64,000 bases of DNA from an uncultured bacterium (GCA_963786935.1 CAWBAN010000001.1:224001-288000); one strand, 5' to 3'. Numbered from the stretch's first letter, positions 18,850 to 29,603 are shown. Notes: generated by a model from the letters alone, not told the origin. Numbers and translations: made by a program.

Positions 18850-19704
18850 ATGCATGTTCTCTCGTTCCTCTTCGACAAGCATCTCGACAAGACGATCCTC
18901 GTGATCGCCGTCGCGCTCTCGATCACGCTCCTCGCGCTCGGTGAGCGGAGCCGCGTCGGGATGGCGCGCGCGATCACCGCCGTCCTGCTCTCTCCGGTCG
19001 AACGGGTGACGGGACGCTTCGAATCGGTGGAGGCGCTGCGGAGCGAGAACGCGGAGCTCCGCGCCATGGTCGCGACCCTGTACCAGGAGCGCGAGCGGCT
19101 CATGGAGTTCGCCGAGGAACGGAACCGCCTGCGCCGGCTCCTCGATCTCAAGTCGGATTCGTTCTACCGTTTCGTCCCGTGCGAGATACTCTCCCGATCG
19201 TCGACGTCGTTCTTCCGTTCGATCGCCGTGGACCGGGGGTCGGCCGATTCGGTCCGCGTCGGCATGGCGGTCGTCGGCTTCCAGGGGCTCGTCGGCCGGG
19301 TTTCGCAGGTGTTCCCGGGGTCTTCGCAGGTCGTGCTCATCAACAACAAATCGATCTCGGTGAGCTGCATGAACCGCCGCAGCCGCGTCGTCGGGATGCT
19401 GGAGTGGGACCGGGGCAGCTTCTTCCGGCTCGAATACGTGGGGAAGGAGGAGGACGTCGTCGTCGGGGACACGCTCGTCACGAGCGGTCTCGGTCTCCTC
19501 TTCCCGAAAGGTTTCCCCGTGGGGACGGTCTTCCAGATCACGGATGACAAAGGGGGCATCGCGAAACGGGTCCGCGTCGCGAGCGCGGCGAATCTGAACG
19601 CCCTCGAGGAGCTCTTCATCGTGACCGGCGCGCGGGAGTGGAACGACACGGGAATACTGAACGAGCTCGAGCGGTTCGACGCGAAGAACGCCCGGGCGAG
19701 GTGA
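18850..19704 (+). CDS. mreC: Rod shape-determining protein MreC
   Basis: N-terminal TM, coiled coil LRSENAELR, GLVGRV, GDTLVTSGLG..FPKGFPVG. Confidence 0.92.
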   Translation: MHVLSFLFDKHLDKTILVIAVALSITLLALGERSRVGMARAITAVLLSPVERVTGRFESVEALRSENAELRAMVATLYQERERLMEFAEERNRLRRLLDLKSDSFYRFVPCEILSRSSTSFFRSIAVDRGSADSVRVGMAVVGFQGLVGRVSQVFPGSSQVVLINNKSISVSCMNRRSRVVGMLEWDRGSFFRLEYVGKEEDVVVGDTLVTSGLGLLFPKGFPVGTVFQITDDKGGIAKRVRVASAANLNALEELFIVTGAREWNDTGILNELERFDAKNARAR

Positions 19705-19706
19705 GC

Positions 19707-20204
19707 ATGGGTATCCTGCGGATCATCATCGTGGCCCTCGTCGTCTTCATCCTCCAGGTGACGGCGATCAGCCACATCGCCGTGGCGGGGTGCGCCCCCG
19801 ATCTCATGGTGATTCTCCTCGTCGCCCTCGTGCTCGAGCGCGGCCCCATTCTCGCCGTCATCATCGGTTTTCTCCTCGGCTTTCTCCAGGATCTCGGCAA
19901 CGCGTCGTTCCTCGGCATGAACGCACTCGCGAAATCGATCCTCGCGTACGGCGTCTCGCGCGTCGGGGGCGGCCTCCTTCCCGAGAACGCGCTCTACAAG
20001 GGCTTCATCATCTTCGCGGCCTGCCTCGTCAACGACGTCGTCGTGCTGCCGATCGTCACGTCCTTTTCCCTCGGCGACGTCGTCGTGTCGTTCTTCCGGT
20101 TTTCGCTCCTGTCGGCGCTCTATTCGGCGGCGCTCGGCGTGATCGTCTACACGCTGCTCGAGCTTCTGACGCGAAGGGTGGTGCGTCCCGGTGGCGGACG
20201 TTGA
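19707..20204 (+). CDS. mreD: Rod shape-determining protein MreD
   Basis: Hydrophobic protein with PDL and GFLLGFLQD..LGMNAL; position between mreC and mrdA. Confidence 0.88.
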   Translation: MGILRIIIVALVVFILQVTAISHIAVAGCAPDLMVILLVALVLERGPILAVIIGFLLGFLQDLGNASFLGMNALAKSILAYGVSRVGGGLLPENALYKGFIIFAACLVNDVVVLPIVTSFSLGDVVVSFFRFSLLSALYSAALGVIVYTLLELLTRRVVRPGGGR

Positions 20205-22050
20205 TCTCCACGGCGAATCGATACTCGATCCCCGGCGGCGCACGCTGTCGATGATCCTCGTCGGGGCCATGGCGCTCCTCATGATCCGGCTGTTCGTCCT
20301 GCAGGTCATCCGTCACGACTACTACACGAAGCTCTCCTTCTCGAATCAGCTCCAGCGGGAACGGATCATCGCGCCGCGCGGAATCATCAAGGCGCGGGAC
20401 GGCTCGAAGCTCGTCGTCAACATGCCCGTGTATCAAATCAGCGTGCTGCCGAACCGGGCGGCGAAGCGGCGCGAGCTCCTTACGCTCGCCTGCCGGTGGC
20501 TCAAGCTCGATCCGGCGAAGGTGCAGGGGGACCTCGACGCGTGGATGGGACGCTACCCCGACGGGAGGGAAATGGTCGTCGTGCAGGCCGCCGACAAGGA
20601 GCAGATATCGGTGCTTCGGGAGAACCGCGACCTTCTCTCGTTTTTCCGGCTCGACATGGAGCAGCGGCGTTTCTATCCGGAAGGAAGGCTCGCCGCGCAC
20701 GTGTTCGGCTACGTGGGAGAGGCGACCGACGAGGAGGTCGCGAAATCCGAGGCGATCGAGCGGGGAGACGTGCTCGGCCGCACCGGCCTCGAACGGGAGT
20801 ACGAGAAATACCTGCGGGGGACGGACGGAATCCGCATCATCGGCATCAGCGTGCAGGGGACCGAGGTCGGCGAGGTGAGCAATCTGATGAACGAGGACGA
20901 GATCGAGCGCCTCGGCGGCGCGAGATCCCCGGTCCCGGGGGACGAGATCCATCTCACCATCGATCTCAACGTCCAGCGCGCCGCGGAAGCGGCGTTCCAG
21001 TGGGAGAGCGGCGCGCTCGTCGCCATGGACCCGCGCACCGGCGAGATCCTCGCCGCAGTGAGCCGGCCGACATACGATCCGAACATGTTCATCGAAGGCG
21101 TGAGCGACGAGAAGTGGAAGCAGCTCTTCGAGGATCCGGCGCAGGCGATGTTCAACAGGATCGTCCAGGCCCAGTATCCGCCGGGCTCCACCTTCAAGCC
21201 CGTGACCGCCTACGAGGCGCTCACGAGCGGGAAGATCGGCGAGCACGCGTATCAGCACCCCTGCTCCGGCGGTCTCCGGTTCGGCAACCGCTATTTCAAA
21301 TGCTGGCAGGCGAAGGGGCACGGATCGCTCCAGATCGAAGACGCGATCATCCAATCGTGCGACGTCTATTTCTACCAGCTCGGCGAGAAGCTCTCGATCG
21401 ACGAGTTCGCCGCCGCGGGGCGCCTGTTCGGGCTCGGGAAGAAATCGGGCGTGGATCTTCCGAGCGAGGCTTCCGGCGTGATGCCCGACGGCGCGTACCT
21501 CGACCGGCTGTTCGGGAAGCGGAAGTGGTCGCGGGGGCTGCTCCTCAACTACTCGATCGGGCAGGGGGAGATCCTCGCCACGCCGATGCAGCTCTGCGCG
21601 CTCGCGGCCCGGTTCGCGAACGGCGGGAGACGGATCCAGCCGCATATCGTCAGCCGGATCGTCGATCCCGACGGCACGGTCGTTTTCAAAGCGAAGGCGG
21701 ACGCGACCCCCATTCCCGGCATCGATCAGCGCGCCCTCGGGATCGTGCGGGACGCGTTGCGGGGAGTCGTGGAGGGCGAGCGGGGGACGGGACGGGCGTC
21801 CGCGATCCCGGGCATCGCGGTCGCGGGAAAAACAGGCACGGCGCAGAATCCGCGCGGCAACGATCACGCGCTGTTCATCGCGTACGCCCCGGCCGACGAT
21901 CCGGCGATTTGCATTGCCGTCGTGATGGAGAACGCCGGGCACGGCGGCTCGATGGCCGCGCCCATCGCGCGGCAGGTGCTGGCGGCCTTCTTCAATCCGC
22001 TCGAAAGCCCGGGGCCGCTCGCCTCGCAGGCGTTCGGAGCGCGGGAATAG
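20191..22050 (+). CDS. mrdA: Penicillin-binding protein 2
   Basis: APRGII, RFYPEG, PGSTFK (SxxK), SCD, KTGT motifs. Confidence 0.95.
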   Translation: MADVDLHGESILDPRRRTLSMILVGAMALLMIRLFVLQVIRHDYYTKLSFSNQLQRERIIAPRGIIKARDGSKLVVNMPVYQISVLPNRAAKRRELLTLACRWLKLDPAKVQGDLDAWMGRYPDGREMVVVQAADKEQISVLRENRDLLSFFRLDMEQRRFYPEGRLAAHVFGYVGEATDEEVAKSEAIERGDVLGRTGLEREYEKYLRGTDGIRIIGISVQGTEVGEVSNLMNEDEIERLGGARSPVPGDEIHLTIDLNVQRAAEAAFQWESGALVAMDPRTGEILAAVSRPTYDPNMFIEGVSDEKWKQLFEDPAQAMFNRIVQAQYPPGSTFKPVTAYEALTSGKIGEHAYQHPCSGGLRFGNRYFKCWQAKGHGSLQIEDAIIQSCDVYFYQLGEKLSIDEFAAAGRLFGLGKKSGVDLPSEASGVMPDGAYLDRLFGKRKWSRGLLLNYSIGQGEILATPMQLCALAARFANGGRRIQPHIVSRIVDPDGTVVFKAKADATPIPGIDQRALGIVRDALRGVVEGERGTGRASAIPGIAVAGKTGTAQNPRGNDHALFIAYAPADDPAICIAVVMENAGHGGSMAAPIARQVLAAFFNPLESPGPLASQAFGARE

Positions 22051-22054
22051 AGCG

Positions 22055-23323
22055 ATGGGCGAGCGGTACTTCCACGATTTCGATTGGATGATCCTGCTGC
22101 CGGCGCTTCTCCTCATCGCGGCGGGGCTCCTCACCCTCTATTCGATCGATCACGTTCCCGCCGAATTCAAGGACGACTTTCAACCGGTGAAGACGGGCGC
22201 TTTCGAGCGGCAGCTGATCTGGGTGCTCGCCGGGCTCGCCGTGATGGCGGTCGCGTGCCTCGTCCCCTTCAAGTACTACGAGGGGACGGCCGTCATCTTC
22301 TACGGTGTCGGTCTCCTGCTCCTCGTCGCCGTGCTCTTCGCGCCGGCGGTGAAGGGAGCGAGGCGCTGGATCGATATCGGCGGATTCAACCTGCAGCCGA
22401 GCGAGTTCATGAAGATAGCGGTCATATTCATGCTCGCGCGCTTTCTCGCCGAGAAGCGGAACCGGCCCGACAGCTTCCGCGTTCTGGCGATCGGCGCCGC
22501 GATCGCCCTCGTGCCGTTCCTCCTCGTGGTGAAGGAGCCGGATCTCGGCACGTCGATCGTCTACCTCGCGCTCCTCTTTCCCGTCATGTACTGGCGGGGC
22601 ATCGACGAGAGCCTCCTCATCCTCTTCATGACGCCGATCCTGAGCGCGCTCCTCACGGTGTTCAGCGCGACGGCGGCGGAGCGGGGCAGCTACCCGTATC
22701 TCCTGCTCCTGTTCTTCATCGTGATCCTCATCGCGGCGTACCGCAGCAGGCGCGACCTCGTCCGGAGCATTTCCCTCGTCGGATTGAACGTCGGCGTGAT
22801 GCTCCTCGTGCCGATCGCGTGGAGCAGGCTCGAGCCGTACCAGCAGCAGCGCGTCATCACGTTTCTCAGACCGGAATCCGATATCCGCGGCTCGGGGTGG
22901 CAGGTGTACCAGTCGAAGCTCGCGATCGGCTCGGGAGGCTTCATGGGGAAGAAATTCCTCCACGGAACGCACAAGCTCCTCGCGTTTCTTCCCGAGCGCC
23001 ACAGCGATTTCATCTATTCGGTCATGTCCGAGGAGTTCGGATTCCTCGGCGCCCTCGTGCTCCTCGTGCTGTACTCGATCATCATCGTCCGCGGGCTCTA
23101 TCTCGCCACGAAGGTGAAGAACCGGTTCGCGTCGATCACCGCCGTGGGCATCTGCTCCTACTTCGCGTTCCACGCGATCATCAACATCGGGATGACGACC
23201 GGCCTCACGCCGGTGACCGGGCTCCCGCTCCCCTTCATGAGCTACGGCGGTTCGTCGATGGTGGTGAGCTGCTTCCTCATCGGCGTGCTGCTCAATTTCA
23301 GCAGACGCTTCTACGAGTACTAG
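22055..23323 (+). CDS. rodA: Rod shape-determining protein RodA (SEDS family)
   Basis: RWI..LQPSEFMK, EPDLGT, HSDFIYS..EEFGF, GLPLPFMSYGGSS. Confidence 0.95.
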   Translation: MGERYFHDFDWMILLPALLLIAAGLLTLYSIDHVPAEFKDDFQPVKTGAFERQLIWVLAGLAVMAVACLVPFKYYEGTAVIFYGVGLLLLVAVLFAPAVKGARRWIDIGGFNLQPSEFMKIAVIFMLARFLAEKRNRPDSFRVLAIGAAIALVPFLLVVKEPDLGTSIVYLALLFPVMYWRGIDESLLILFMTPILSALLTVFSATAAERGSYPYLLLLFFIVILIAAYRSRRDLVRSISLVGLNVGVMLLVPIAWSRLEPYQQQRVITFLRPESDIRGSGWQVYQSKLAIGSGGFMGKKFLHGTHKLLAFLPERHSDFIYSVMSEEFGFLGALVLLVLYSIIIVRGLYLATKVKNRFASITAVGICSYFAFHAIINIGMTTGLTPVTGLPLPFMSYGGSSMVVSCFLIGVLLNFSRRFYEY

Positions 23324-23332
23324 GAGGGCCGT

Positions 23333-24118
23333 GTGCATCCCATACTGATCGAGATCGGACCGCTCAAGATATACTCATACGGCTTCATGCTCGCGCTCAG
23401 CTTCTGGATCGGGATCCTGCTCGCGGCGCGGCGTGCCGCGCGGCGCGGCGTCAAGCCGGATCACATCTACGACATGAGCATCATCCTGATCCTCGCCGCC
23501 GTGATCGGGTCGCGCGCGCTGTACATCCTCACGCACCGCGCGGATTACCGGAGCCTCATCGACATCGTGGCGCTGTGGCAGGGGGGAGCGACCTTCTACG
23601 GGGGCTTCATCCTCGCGCTCGCCGGGGCGATCGCCTATATCCGGAGCAGGAAGCTCGCGTTCCTCGTCGTCGCCGACGTGTGCGCCCCATCGATCGCGCT
23701 CGGCTTCTTTTTCACGAGGATCGGCTGCTTCCTGAGCGGATGCTGCTTCGGGCATCCGACCGCTTCGTTTCTCGGCGTCGTCTTTCCGCCCGGGTCCCCG
23801 GCGGGGTATTACTGCGCCGGCGTCGCGGTGCACCCGACGCAGCTCTACGATTCCTTCTACGGCCTCGTCACCGCGTGCGCGCTCCTGCTCATCGATCGGA
23901 ATAGTCCGTTCGCCGGCTTCACCTTCGCCATGCTGTGCGTGCTCTACGGGGCGGGGCGCTTCACGATCGATTTTCTCAGGTTCTACGAGGATTCGGCCGT
24001 GGTGGGCAATCGTCTCGCGGTGAGCCAGATCATGAGCCTCGCGCTCATCGCGGTCGGTGTCCTCATGCTCGTGGCGCTGTCGGCCCGCGCGCGGAGGGCG
24101 AGGGGGACGGCGGCGTAG
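23333..24118 (+). CDS. lgt: Prolipoprotein diacylglyceryl transferase
   Basis: MHPIL..IYSYG, IGSRALY, FYGG, RIGCFLSGCCFG, HPTQLY. Confidence 0.93.
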   Translation: MHPILIEIGPLKIYSYGFMLALSFWIGILLAARRAARRGVKPDHIYDMSIILILAAVIGSRALYILTHRADYRSLIDIVALWQGGATFYGGFILALAGAIAYIRSRKLAFLVVADVCAPSIALGFFFTRIGCFLSGCCFGHPTASFLGVVFPPGSPAGYYCAGVAVHPTQLYDSFYGLVTACALLLIDRNSPFAGFTFAMLCVLYGAGRFTIDFLRFYEDSAVVGNRLAVSQIMSLALIAVGVLMLVALSARARRARGTAA

Positions 24119-24176
24119 GGCGGCGGCGCGCGGGGCGCGCGTCGGGATCGCGATCAGGGGGAAGGGCGGCGGTGCG

Positions 24177-24965
24177 GTGCGGGGATTTCTCTCGTTTCTC
24201 CTCGATATGCTCGTTCCGCGTTCGTGCCTCGTCTGCGGGCGGGGGATCGGGCCGTTCGATCCCGCCTCCGGCGCGGCCGTATCGGGCTCGTGCGCCCGCA
24301 TGAAAGAGTTCCTCGAGTCGGAGCTGCGCTTCTCCCTCTTCACGGGGCTCTCGCTCTCGGCGGACGTTCTCTGCGCGGGCTGCTGGACGAGGCTCGAGCC
24401 CGCCCGGGGAGCGGGATTCGTTTCGCCGTTCGCCGGCGGCGACGGAACGGTATCGGTCATCGCTCCGTTCCACACGAACGACGAGCTCCTCGCGCTCGTG
24501 CGGTTTCTCAAGTTCTCGGGCGGGAGATCCGCGGCTCCGCCGCTCGGCTGGTGGATGGCGGCGGCGCTCGGGGATTACCTCGAGCGGTCGCGCGGCCGCG
24601 ATTCGCTCCGCCCGCTGCTCATCCCCGTTCCGCTCCATCCAAAACGGGAGAAGGAGCGCGGCTACAATCAGTCGGCGCTGCTCGTCGGGGAAGTTGCCGG
24701 GCGTCTCGGGCTCGCGGCGGATCCGCGCGTTCTCGTGAGAATCAGGAACACGAGAGCGCAATCGACGCTCGACCGGGAAGCGCGCTCGGGGAACATGAGC
24801 GGCGCCTTCAGTCTCGGCGACGGAGCGGCCGCCGCGGGCAGAGACATCGTTCTGGTGGACGATCTGGTGACGACGGGGGAGACGGTGAGGGCCTGCGCCG
24901 CGGCGCTCGCCGCGGCGTCGCCGCGATCCGTCATCGTCCTTTCGGCGGGCCGCGCAAGAGATTGA
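24177..24965 (+). CDS. comF: ComF family amidophosphoribosyltransferase-like protein (start uncertain)
   Basis: N-terminal CxxC, IPVPLH...ERGYNQS, PRT motif LVDDLVTTGET. Confidence 0.88.
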   Translation: MRGFLSFLLDMLVPRSCLVCGRGIGPFDPASGAAVSGSCARMKEFLESELRFSLFTGLSLSADVLCAGCWTRLEPARGAGFVSPFAGGDGTVSVIAPFHTNDELLALVRFLKFSGGRSAAPPLGWWMAAALGDYLERSRGRDSLRPLLIPVPLHPKREKERGYNQSALLVGEVAGRLGLAADPRVLVRIRNTRAQSTLDREARSGNMSGAFSLGDGAAAAGRDIVLVDDLVTTGETVRACAAALAAASPRSVIVLSAGRARD

Positions 24966-25106
24966 GAATTATATGCCCTGCGCGTTTCTGGGGACCTCCT
25001 CGCGGCGGCCGGCGGCCGGCCTTCTGCGCTTGACAGACCGGGGCGTCCTGTGGGAACATTGCCCTGTTTCGGCGAATTCGCCGGACAAGAACAAGGGAAG
25101 GGAATC

Positions 25107-26030
25107 GTGCTCGCTACCAACCGAGAGCTCATGGCGGCCGCCCGGAAGGGCACGTACGCGGTTGGCGCTTTCAACATAAACAATATGGAATTCCTGCAGG
25201 CGATCACGGGCGCCGCCGAGGAGCTCGGGAGCCCCGCGATCATCGCCCTCTCGGAAGGGGCGATCAAGTACGCCGGTTTCAGGAACATCGTTTCGATGGT
25301 GAGGTTCACGGCCGAGGAGAAGAAGGTTCCCATCTCCCTGCACCTCGATCACGGGAAGGACATGGAAGTCATCGCGAAATGCATCGAGGGAGGCTTCACC
25401 TCGGTGATGATCGACGGTTCCGCGCTCCCCTTCGAGGAGAACGTGACGGTGACGACGCGAGTCGTCCAGATGGCCAAGCCGAAGGGAGTCTCGGTCGAGG
25501 GAGAGCTCGGGAAGCTCGCCGGGATCGAGGACAACGTCTCGGTCGCCGAGCGCGACGCGGCGCTCACCGATCCGGCGCAGGCGGAGGAGTTCGTCAAGCG
25601 CACCGGCGTCGACGCGCTCGCGATCGCCGTCGGCACCTCCCACGGCGCGTACAAATTCAAGGGAGCCGCGAACCTCGCGCTCGACCGCATCAGCGAGATC
25701 GCTTCGCGCGTCCCCGCGCTCCTCGTGCTCCACGGCGCGTCGGGCGTCAAGCAGGAGAACGTCGATATCGCCAACAAATTCGGCGCGGCGATCAAGGGGG
25801 CCAAGGGCGTGCCCGACACGGCGATCGTCGAGGCGATCCGCCGGGGAATCACGAAGGTCAACATCGATACGGACATGCGGATCGCGTTCACCGCGTTCGT
25901 GCGGAAGGCGCTCGCCGAGAAGCCCGAGGAGATCGATCCCCGCACGGTGCTCGGTCCGGGGCGGGACGCGATCGCCGCGGTGGTTCGCGAGAAGATAAAG
26001 CTCTTCGGGAGCGAAGGCAAAGCCAGGTAG
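25107..26030 (+). CDS. fba: Class II fructose-1,6-bisphosphate aldolase
   Basis: YAVGAFN, LHLDHG, FTSVMIDGS, VEGELG, GTSHGAYK, LVLHGASG, KVNIDTD. Confidence 0.96.
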   Translation: MLATNRELMAAARKGTYAVGAFNINNMEFLQAITGAAEELGSPAIIALSEGAIKYAGFRNIVSMVRFTAEEKKVPISLHLDHGKDMEVIAKCIEGGFTSVMIDGSALPFEENVTVTTRVVQMAKPKGVSVEGELGKLAGIEDNVSVAERDAALTDPAQAEEFVKRTGVDALAIAVGTSHGAYKFKGAANLALDRISEIASRVPALLVLHGASGVKQENVDIANKFGAAIKGAKGVPDTAIVEAIRRGITKVNIDTDMRIAFTAFVRKALAEKPEEIDPRTVLGPGRDAIAAVVREKIKLFGSEGKAR

Positions 26031-26061
26031 GGGAAGCACATCACTCAAGGAGGAGAGTCTC

Positions 26062-27063
26062 ATGGCGATCAAGGTTGCCATCAACGGTTTCGGGAGAATC
26101 GGCCGCCTCGTGTTTCGCGAGATCGGGAAGAACAAGGATTTCGACGTCGTCGCCGTCAACGATCTCACGAACGCGGCCACGCTCGCGCACCTCGTGAAGT
26201 ACGACTCCGTTCACGGGAAGTACAAGGGCTCGGTGGCGGTCAAGGACGACAAGTACATCGTCGTGGACGGAAACGAGGTTGAAGTGCTCGCCGAGAAGAA
26301 TCCGGCGGCGCTGCCGTGGAAGAAGCTCGGCGTCGACGTCGTCATCGAATCGACCGGCAAGTTCCGCAAGCACAAGGACGCCTCGCTCCACATCGAGGCG
26401 GGCGCGCGGAAGGTCATCATCTCGGCGCCGTCCCCCGATCCCGACATCATGATCGTCATGGGCGTGAACGACAAGCTCTACGACAACGCGAAGCACCACA
26501 TCATCTCGACCGCTTCGTGCACGACGAACTGCATCGCGCCGATCGCCAAGATTCTCCACGATTCCTTCGGGATCGCGAACGGCTTCATGACGACGATCCA
26601 CGCGTACACGAACGACCAGGTGATCCTCGATTTTCCGCACAAGGACCTCCGGCGGGCGCGCGCCGCGGCCGTGTCCATGATCCCGACGACGACGGGCGCC
26701 GCCTCGGCCGTCGGCAAGGTGATGCCCGAGCTCAAGGGGAAGCTCGACGGCACGTCGGTGCGCGTTCCCGTGGCCGACGGCTCGCTCGTCGACCTCGTGG
26801 TGACGCTCGAGAAGGACGCCACGGTCGAGGCGATCAACGCCGCCGTCAAGAAGGCGGCCGCCGGGCCGATGAAGGGCTTCGTCGAGTACTGCGAGGATCC
26901 GATCGTGTCGTGCGACGTCATCGGCAATCCCGCCTCGTCGATCTTCGACGCGCTCTCCACGATGAGCGTCACGCCTCGGGTGTTCAAGATATTCTCGTGG
27001 TACGATAACGAATACGGCTATTCGATGAGAATGGTCGACATGATGAAGCTCATCGCCCGGTAG
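26062..27063 (+). CDS. gap: Type I glyceraldehyde-3-phosphate dehydrogenase
   Basis: INGFGRIGR, ASCTTNC, WYDNE. Confidence 0.98.
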   Translation: MAIKVAINGFGRIGRLVFREIGKNKDFDVVAVNDLTNAATLAHLVKYDSVHGKYKGSVAVKDDKYIVVDGNEVEVLAEKNPAALPWKKLGVDVVIESTGKFRKHKDASLHIEAGARKVIISAPSPDPDIMIVMGVNDKLYDNAKHHIISTASCTTNCIAPIAKILHDSFGIANGFMTTIHAYTNDQVILDFPHKDLRRARAAAVSMIPTTTGAASAVGKVMPELKGKLDGTSVRVPVADGSLVDLVVTLEKDATVEAINAAVKKAAAGPMKGFVEYCEDPIVSCDVIGNPASSIFDALSTMSVTPRVFKIFSWYDNEYGYSMRMVDMMKLIAR

Positions 27064-27101
27064 CCGGGCGCGTCACGCTCACCCTCGAGGAGGAGAAGGC
27101 A

Positions 27102-28298
27102 TTGAGGAAAAAGACTCTCAGGGACGTGGATCTCAAAGGCCGCAGGATCCTCATGCGCGTCGATTTCAACGTGCCGCTCTCGAAGGAAGGGAGCATCACG
27201 GACGACACGCGCGTGCGCGCCTCGCTTCCGAGCATCGATTACATCGCCGCGCAGGGCGGAAGCTGCGTGCTCATGTCGCACCTCGGCAGGCCGAAGGGGA
27301 AGAAGGACAAGACCTATACGCTGCGCCCCGTCGCCGATTGCCTCGGGGACCTCGTGAAGCACCCGGTACGCTTCGTCGAGGATTGCGTCGGGCCCGACGT
27401 GGAGAAGGCCGCCGCGGCGCTCCGTCCCGGCGAGATTCTCCTGCTCGAGAACGTGCGGTTCTACGCCGAGGAGGAGGCCAACGATCCCGGATTCGCCAAA
27501 CGGCTCGCCGCCTGCGGCGATCTCTACGCGAGCGACGCGTTCGGGACCGCGCATCGGGCGCACGCCTCGACGGTCGGCGTGACGAGCCATTTCAAGGATA
27601 AGGTGGCCGGTTTTCTCATGGAGAAGGAGATCGAGGCGCTCGAGGGACTCCTGTTGAATCCCGCGCGGCCGTTCGTCGCCATCCTCGGCGGCGCCAAGGT
27701 CTCGGGGAAGCTCGATCTCATCAAGAATCTGCTCGGCACGGTCGACCGCGTGCTCATCGGCGGCGGCATGGCGTTCACCTTCTTCAAGGCGGCCGGCCTC
27801 GAAATCGGCACGTCGATCGTCGACAACGATCTCGTCCCCCTCTGCCGCGAGGTGATGGAGCCGGACGGAGCGAAAGGGAAGCGCATCTTCCTGCCGGTCG
27901 ACTGCGTCGTCGCGAAGGAAGTGAGCGCCGCGGCCGAAAGCAAGGTTGTCTCGACGGGGGATATCCCCGAGGACTGGGCGGGCGTCGACATCGGCGACAA
28001 GACGGTCGACCTGTTCCGCGACGAGCTCATGAAGGCGAAAACGGTGTTCTGGAACGGCCCCATGGGCGTTTTCGAGATCCCGAACTTCTCGAACGGCACG
28101 AAGAAGATCGCGCGGATCATGGCCGAGATCACGAGGAAGGGGACGAAAACGGTCATCGGCGGCGGAGACTCCGTCGCCGCGCTGAATCAGCTCGGTCTCG
28201 CATCGAAGATCACGCATGTTTCCACGGGCGGGGGCGCCTCCCTCGAGCTCCTCGAGGGGAAGAAGCTCCCCGGCGTCGAGGCGCTGAGCGACCGGTAA
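27102..28298 (+). CDS. pgk: Phosphoglycerate kinase (TTG start)
   Basis: RVDFNVP, SHLGRP, DAFGTAHRAHAS, GGAKVS, WNGPMGVFE, STGGGASLE. Confidence 0.98.
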   Translation: MRKKTLRDVDLKGRRILMRVDFNVPLSKEGSITDDTRVRASLPSIDYIAAQGGSCVLMSHLGRPKGKKDKTYTLRPVADCLGDLVKHPVRFVEDCVGPDVEKAAAALRPGEILLLENVRFYAEEEANDPGFAKRLAACGDLYASDAFGTAHRAHASTVGVTSHFKDKVAGFLMEKEIEALEGLLLNPARPFVAILGGAKVSGKLDLIKNLLGTVDRVLIGGGMAFTFFKAAGLEIGTSIVDNDLVPLCREVMEPDGAKGKRIFLPVDCVVAKEVSAAAESKVVSTGDIPEDWAGVDIGDKTVDLFRDELMKAKTVFWNGPMGVFEIPNFSNGTKKIARIMAEITRKGTKTVIGGGDSVAALNQLGLASKITHVSTGGGASLELLEGKKLPGVEALSDR

Positions 28299-28299
28299 T

Positions 28300-29052
28300 A
28301 TGAGACGGAAGATACTGGCCGGAAATTGGAAAATGAACCTGGATCACGTGGCGGGCGCCGCGCTCGCGCGGGAGATCCGCCGCGGGGTGGAGTCCGCCCC
28401 GTCCGCATGCGACGTGGTCCTCATTCCTTCCTTCACCACGCTTCCCGCCGTCGCCGAGGCGGTGCGCGGCTCGTCCGTGAAGACGGGCGCGCAGGATATC
28501 TATTTCGAGGACGAGGGGGCCTACACCGGCGAGATATCCGGGGGGATGCTCCGCGCCCTCGGCTGCGCGTACGCGCTCGTCGGCCATTCCGAGCGGCGGC
28601 ACGTCATCGGGGAAACGGACGCCGTCATCGCCCGGAAGCTCCGCGCCGCGCTTCGCGCCGGACTCGTCCCGATCCTGTGCGTGGGAGAGCTCCTCGCGGA
28701 GCGGGAGGCCGGCACGGCGATCGAAGTCGTCACCGGCCAGGTTCGGGACGCGTGCGGCGGTCTCGCGCCGGAGGAGTTCTCGCGGGTCGTCGTCGCGTAC
28801 GAACCCGTGTGGGCGATCGGAACGGGCAAAACCGCCACTCCGAAGGACGCCTCCGAGATGCACGGCGTGATACGGATCGTCATCCGGGAGCTTTTCGGAA
28901 CCGCCGCTTCCGAGAACGCGGGGCTACTGTACGGGGGGAGCGCCAAAGCTGACAATGCCCCGGCGCTTCTCGCGGAGCCTGAAGTCGACGGCCTCCTCGT
29001 CGGGGGGGCCTCCCTCAAGGCATCGAGCTTCCTCGGCATGATTCCCCGCTAA
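28300..29052 (+). CDS. tpiA: Triose-phosphate isomerase
   Basis: AGNWKM, GHSERR, AYEPVWAIGTG, LYGGS, GLLVGGASL. Confidence 0.98.
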   Translation: MRRKILAGNWKMNLDHVAGAALAREIRRGVESAPSACDVVLIPSFTTLPAVAEAVRGSSVKTGAQDIYFEDEGAYTGEISGGMLRALGCAYALVGHSERRHVIGETDAVIARKLRAALRAGLVPILCVGELLAEREAGTAIEVVTGQVRDACGGLAPEEFSRVVVAYEPVWAIGTGKTATPKDASEMHGVIRIVIRELFGTAASENAGLLYGGSAKADNAPALLAEPEVDGLLVGGASLKASSFLGMIPR

Positions 29053-29068
29053 TTGCTTGATAAATCAT

Positions 29069-29097
29069 TTGACTGCGGGGGAAGTTTTCATTAGACT
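29069..29097 (+). promoter_or_regulatory. sigma70-type promoter for secG-tRNA
   Basis: TTGACT-N17-TAGACT. Confidence 0.65.
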
Positions 29098-29124
29098 ACT
29101 GTTTTTGAAAAGGCTGGTGGAGGA

Positions 29125-29574
29125 ATGCTCTTCAATATCGTTCTGGCGCTGCATCTTCTTGGCTGCGTGCTGCTTACGATAGTGGTGCTCATGCAGTCGA
29201 GCAAGGGGGGCGCTCTGTCGGCGGCATTCGGCGGCAGCTCAGGACAGATCTTCGGCGGTCGCGAGACCGCGACGTTTCTCGGCAAGGCGACCCAGTACTT
29301 GGCGATTCTTTTCTTCCTGACGTCCCTTTCTCTCGCGTTTTTATCGACGGGGAGGGGCGCCGGAACCGGCAGGGAATCGAGCCCGCTGCGGAGAGCCGCG
29401 TCCCAGCAGTGGGGGACGGTCGCTCCCGAGGATCAGAAGAACATCGAGGACGTGCTCGGAAACGTGCCCCAGCCGGGCCAGGAAGCCCAAGGCGGCGCCG
29501 CACAGAGCAGCCCGCAGGGTGGGAGCCAGGGGAAACCCGCGGAGGCGCAGAAGCCGAACCCGGGGGGCAAGTAA
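29125..29574 (+). CDS. secG: Preprotein translocase subunit SecG with extended low-complexity C-terminus
   Basis: VLMQSSKGGALSAAFGG, second TM, tpiA-secG synteny. Confidence 0.92.
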   Translation: MLFNIVLALHLLGCVLLTIVVLMQSSKGGALSAAFGGSSGQIFGGRETATFLGKATQYLAILFFLTSLSLAFLSTGRGAGTGRESSPLRRAASQQWGTVAPEDQKNIEDVLGNVPQPGQEAQGGAAQSSPQGGSQGKPAEAQKPNPGGK

Positions 29575-29603
29575 GAGGTTCCCCCTTCGAGATACCGAAT
29601 TGT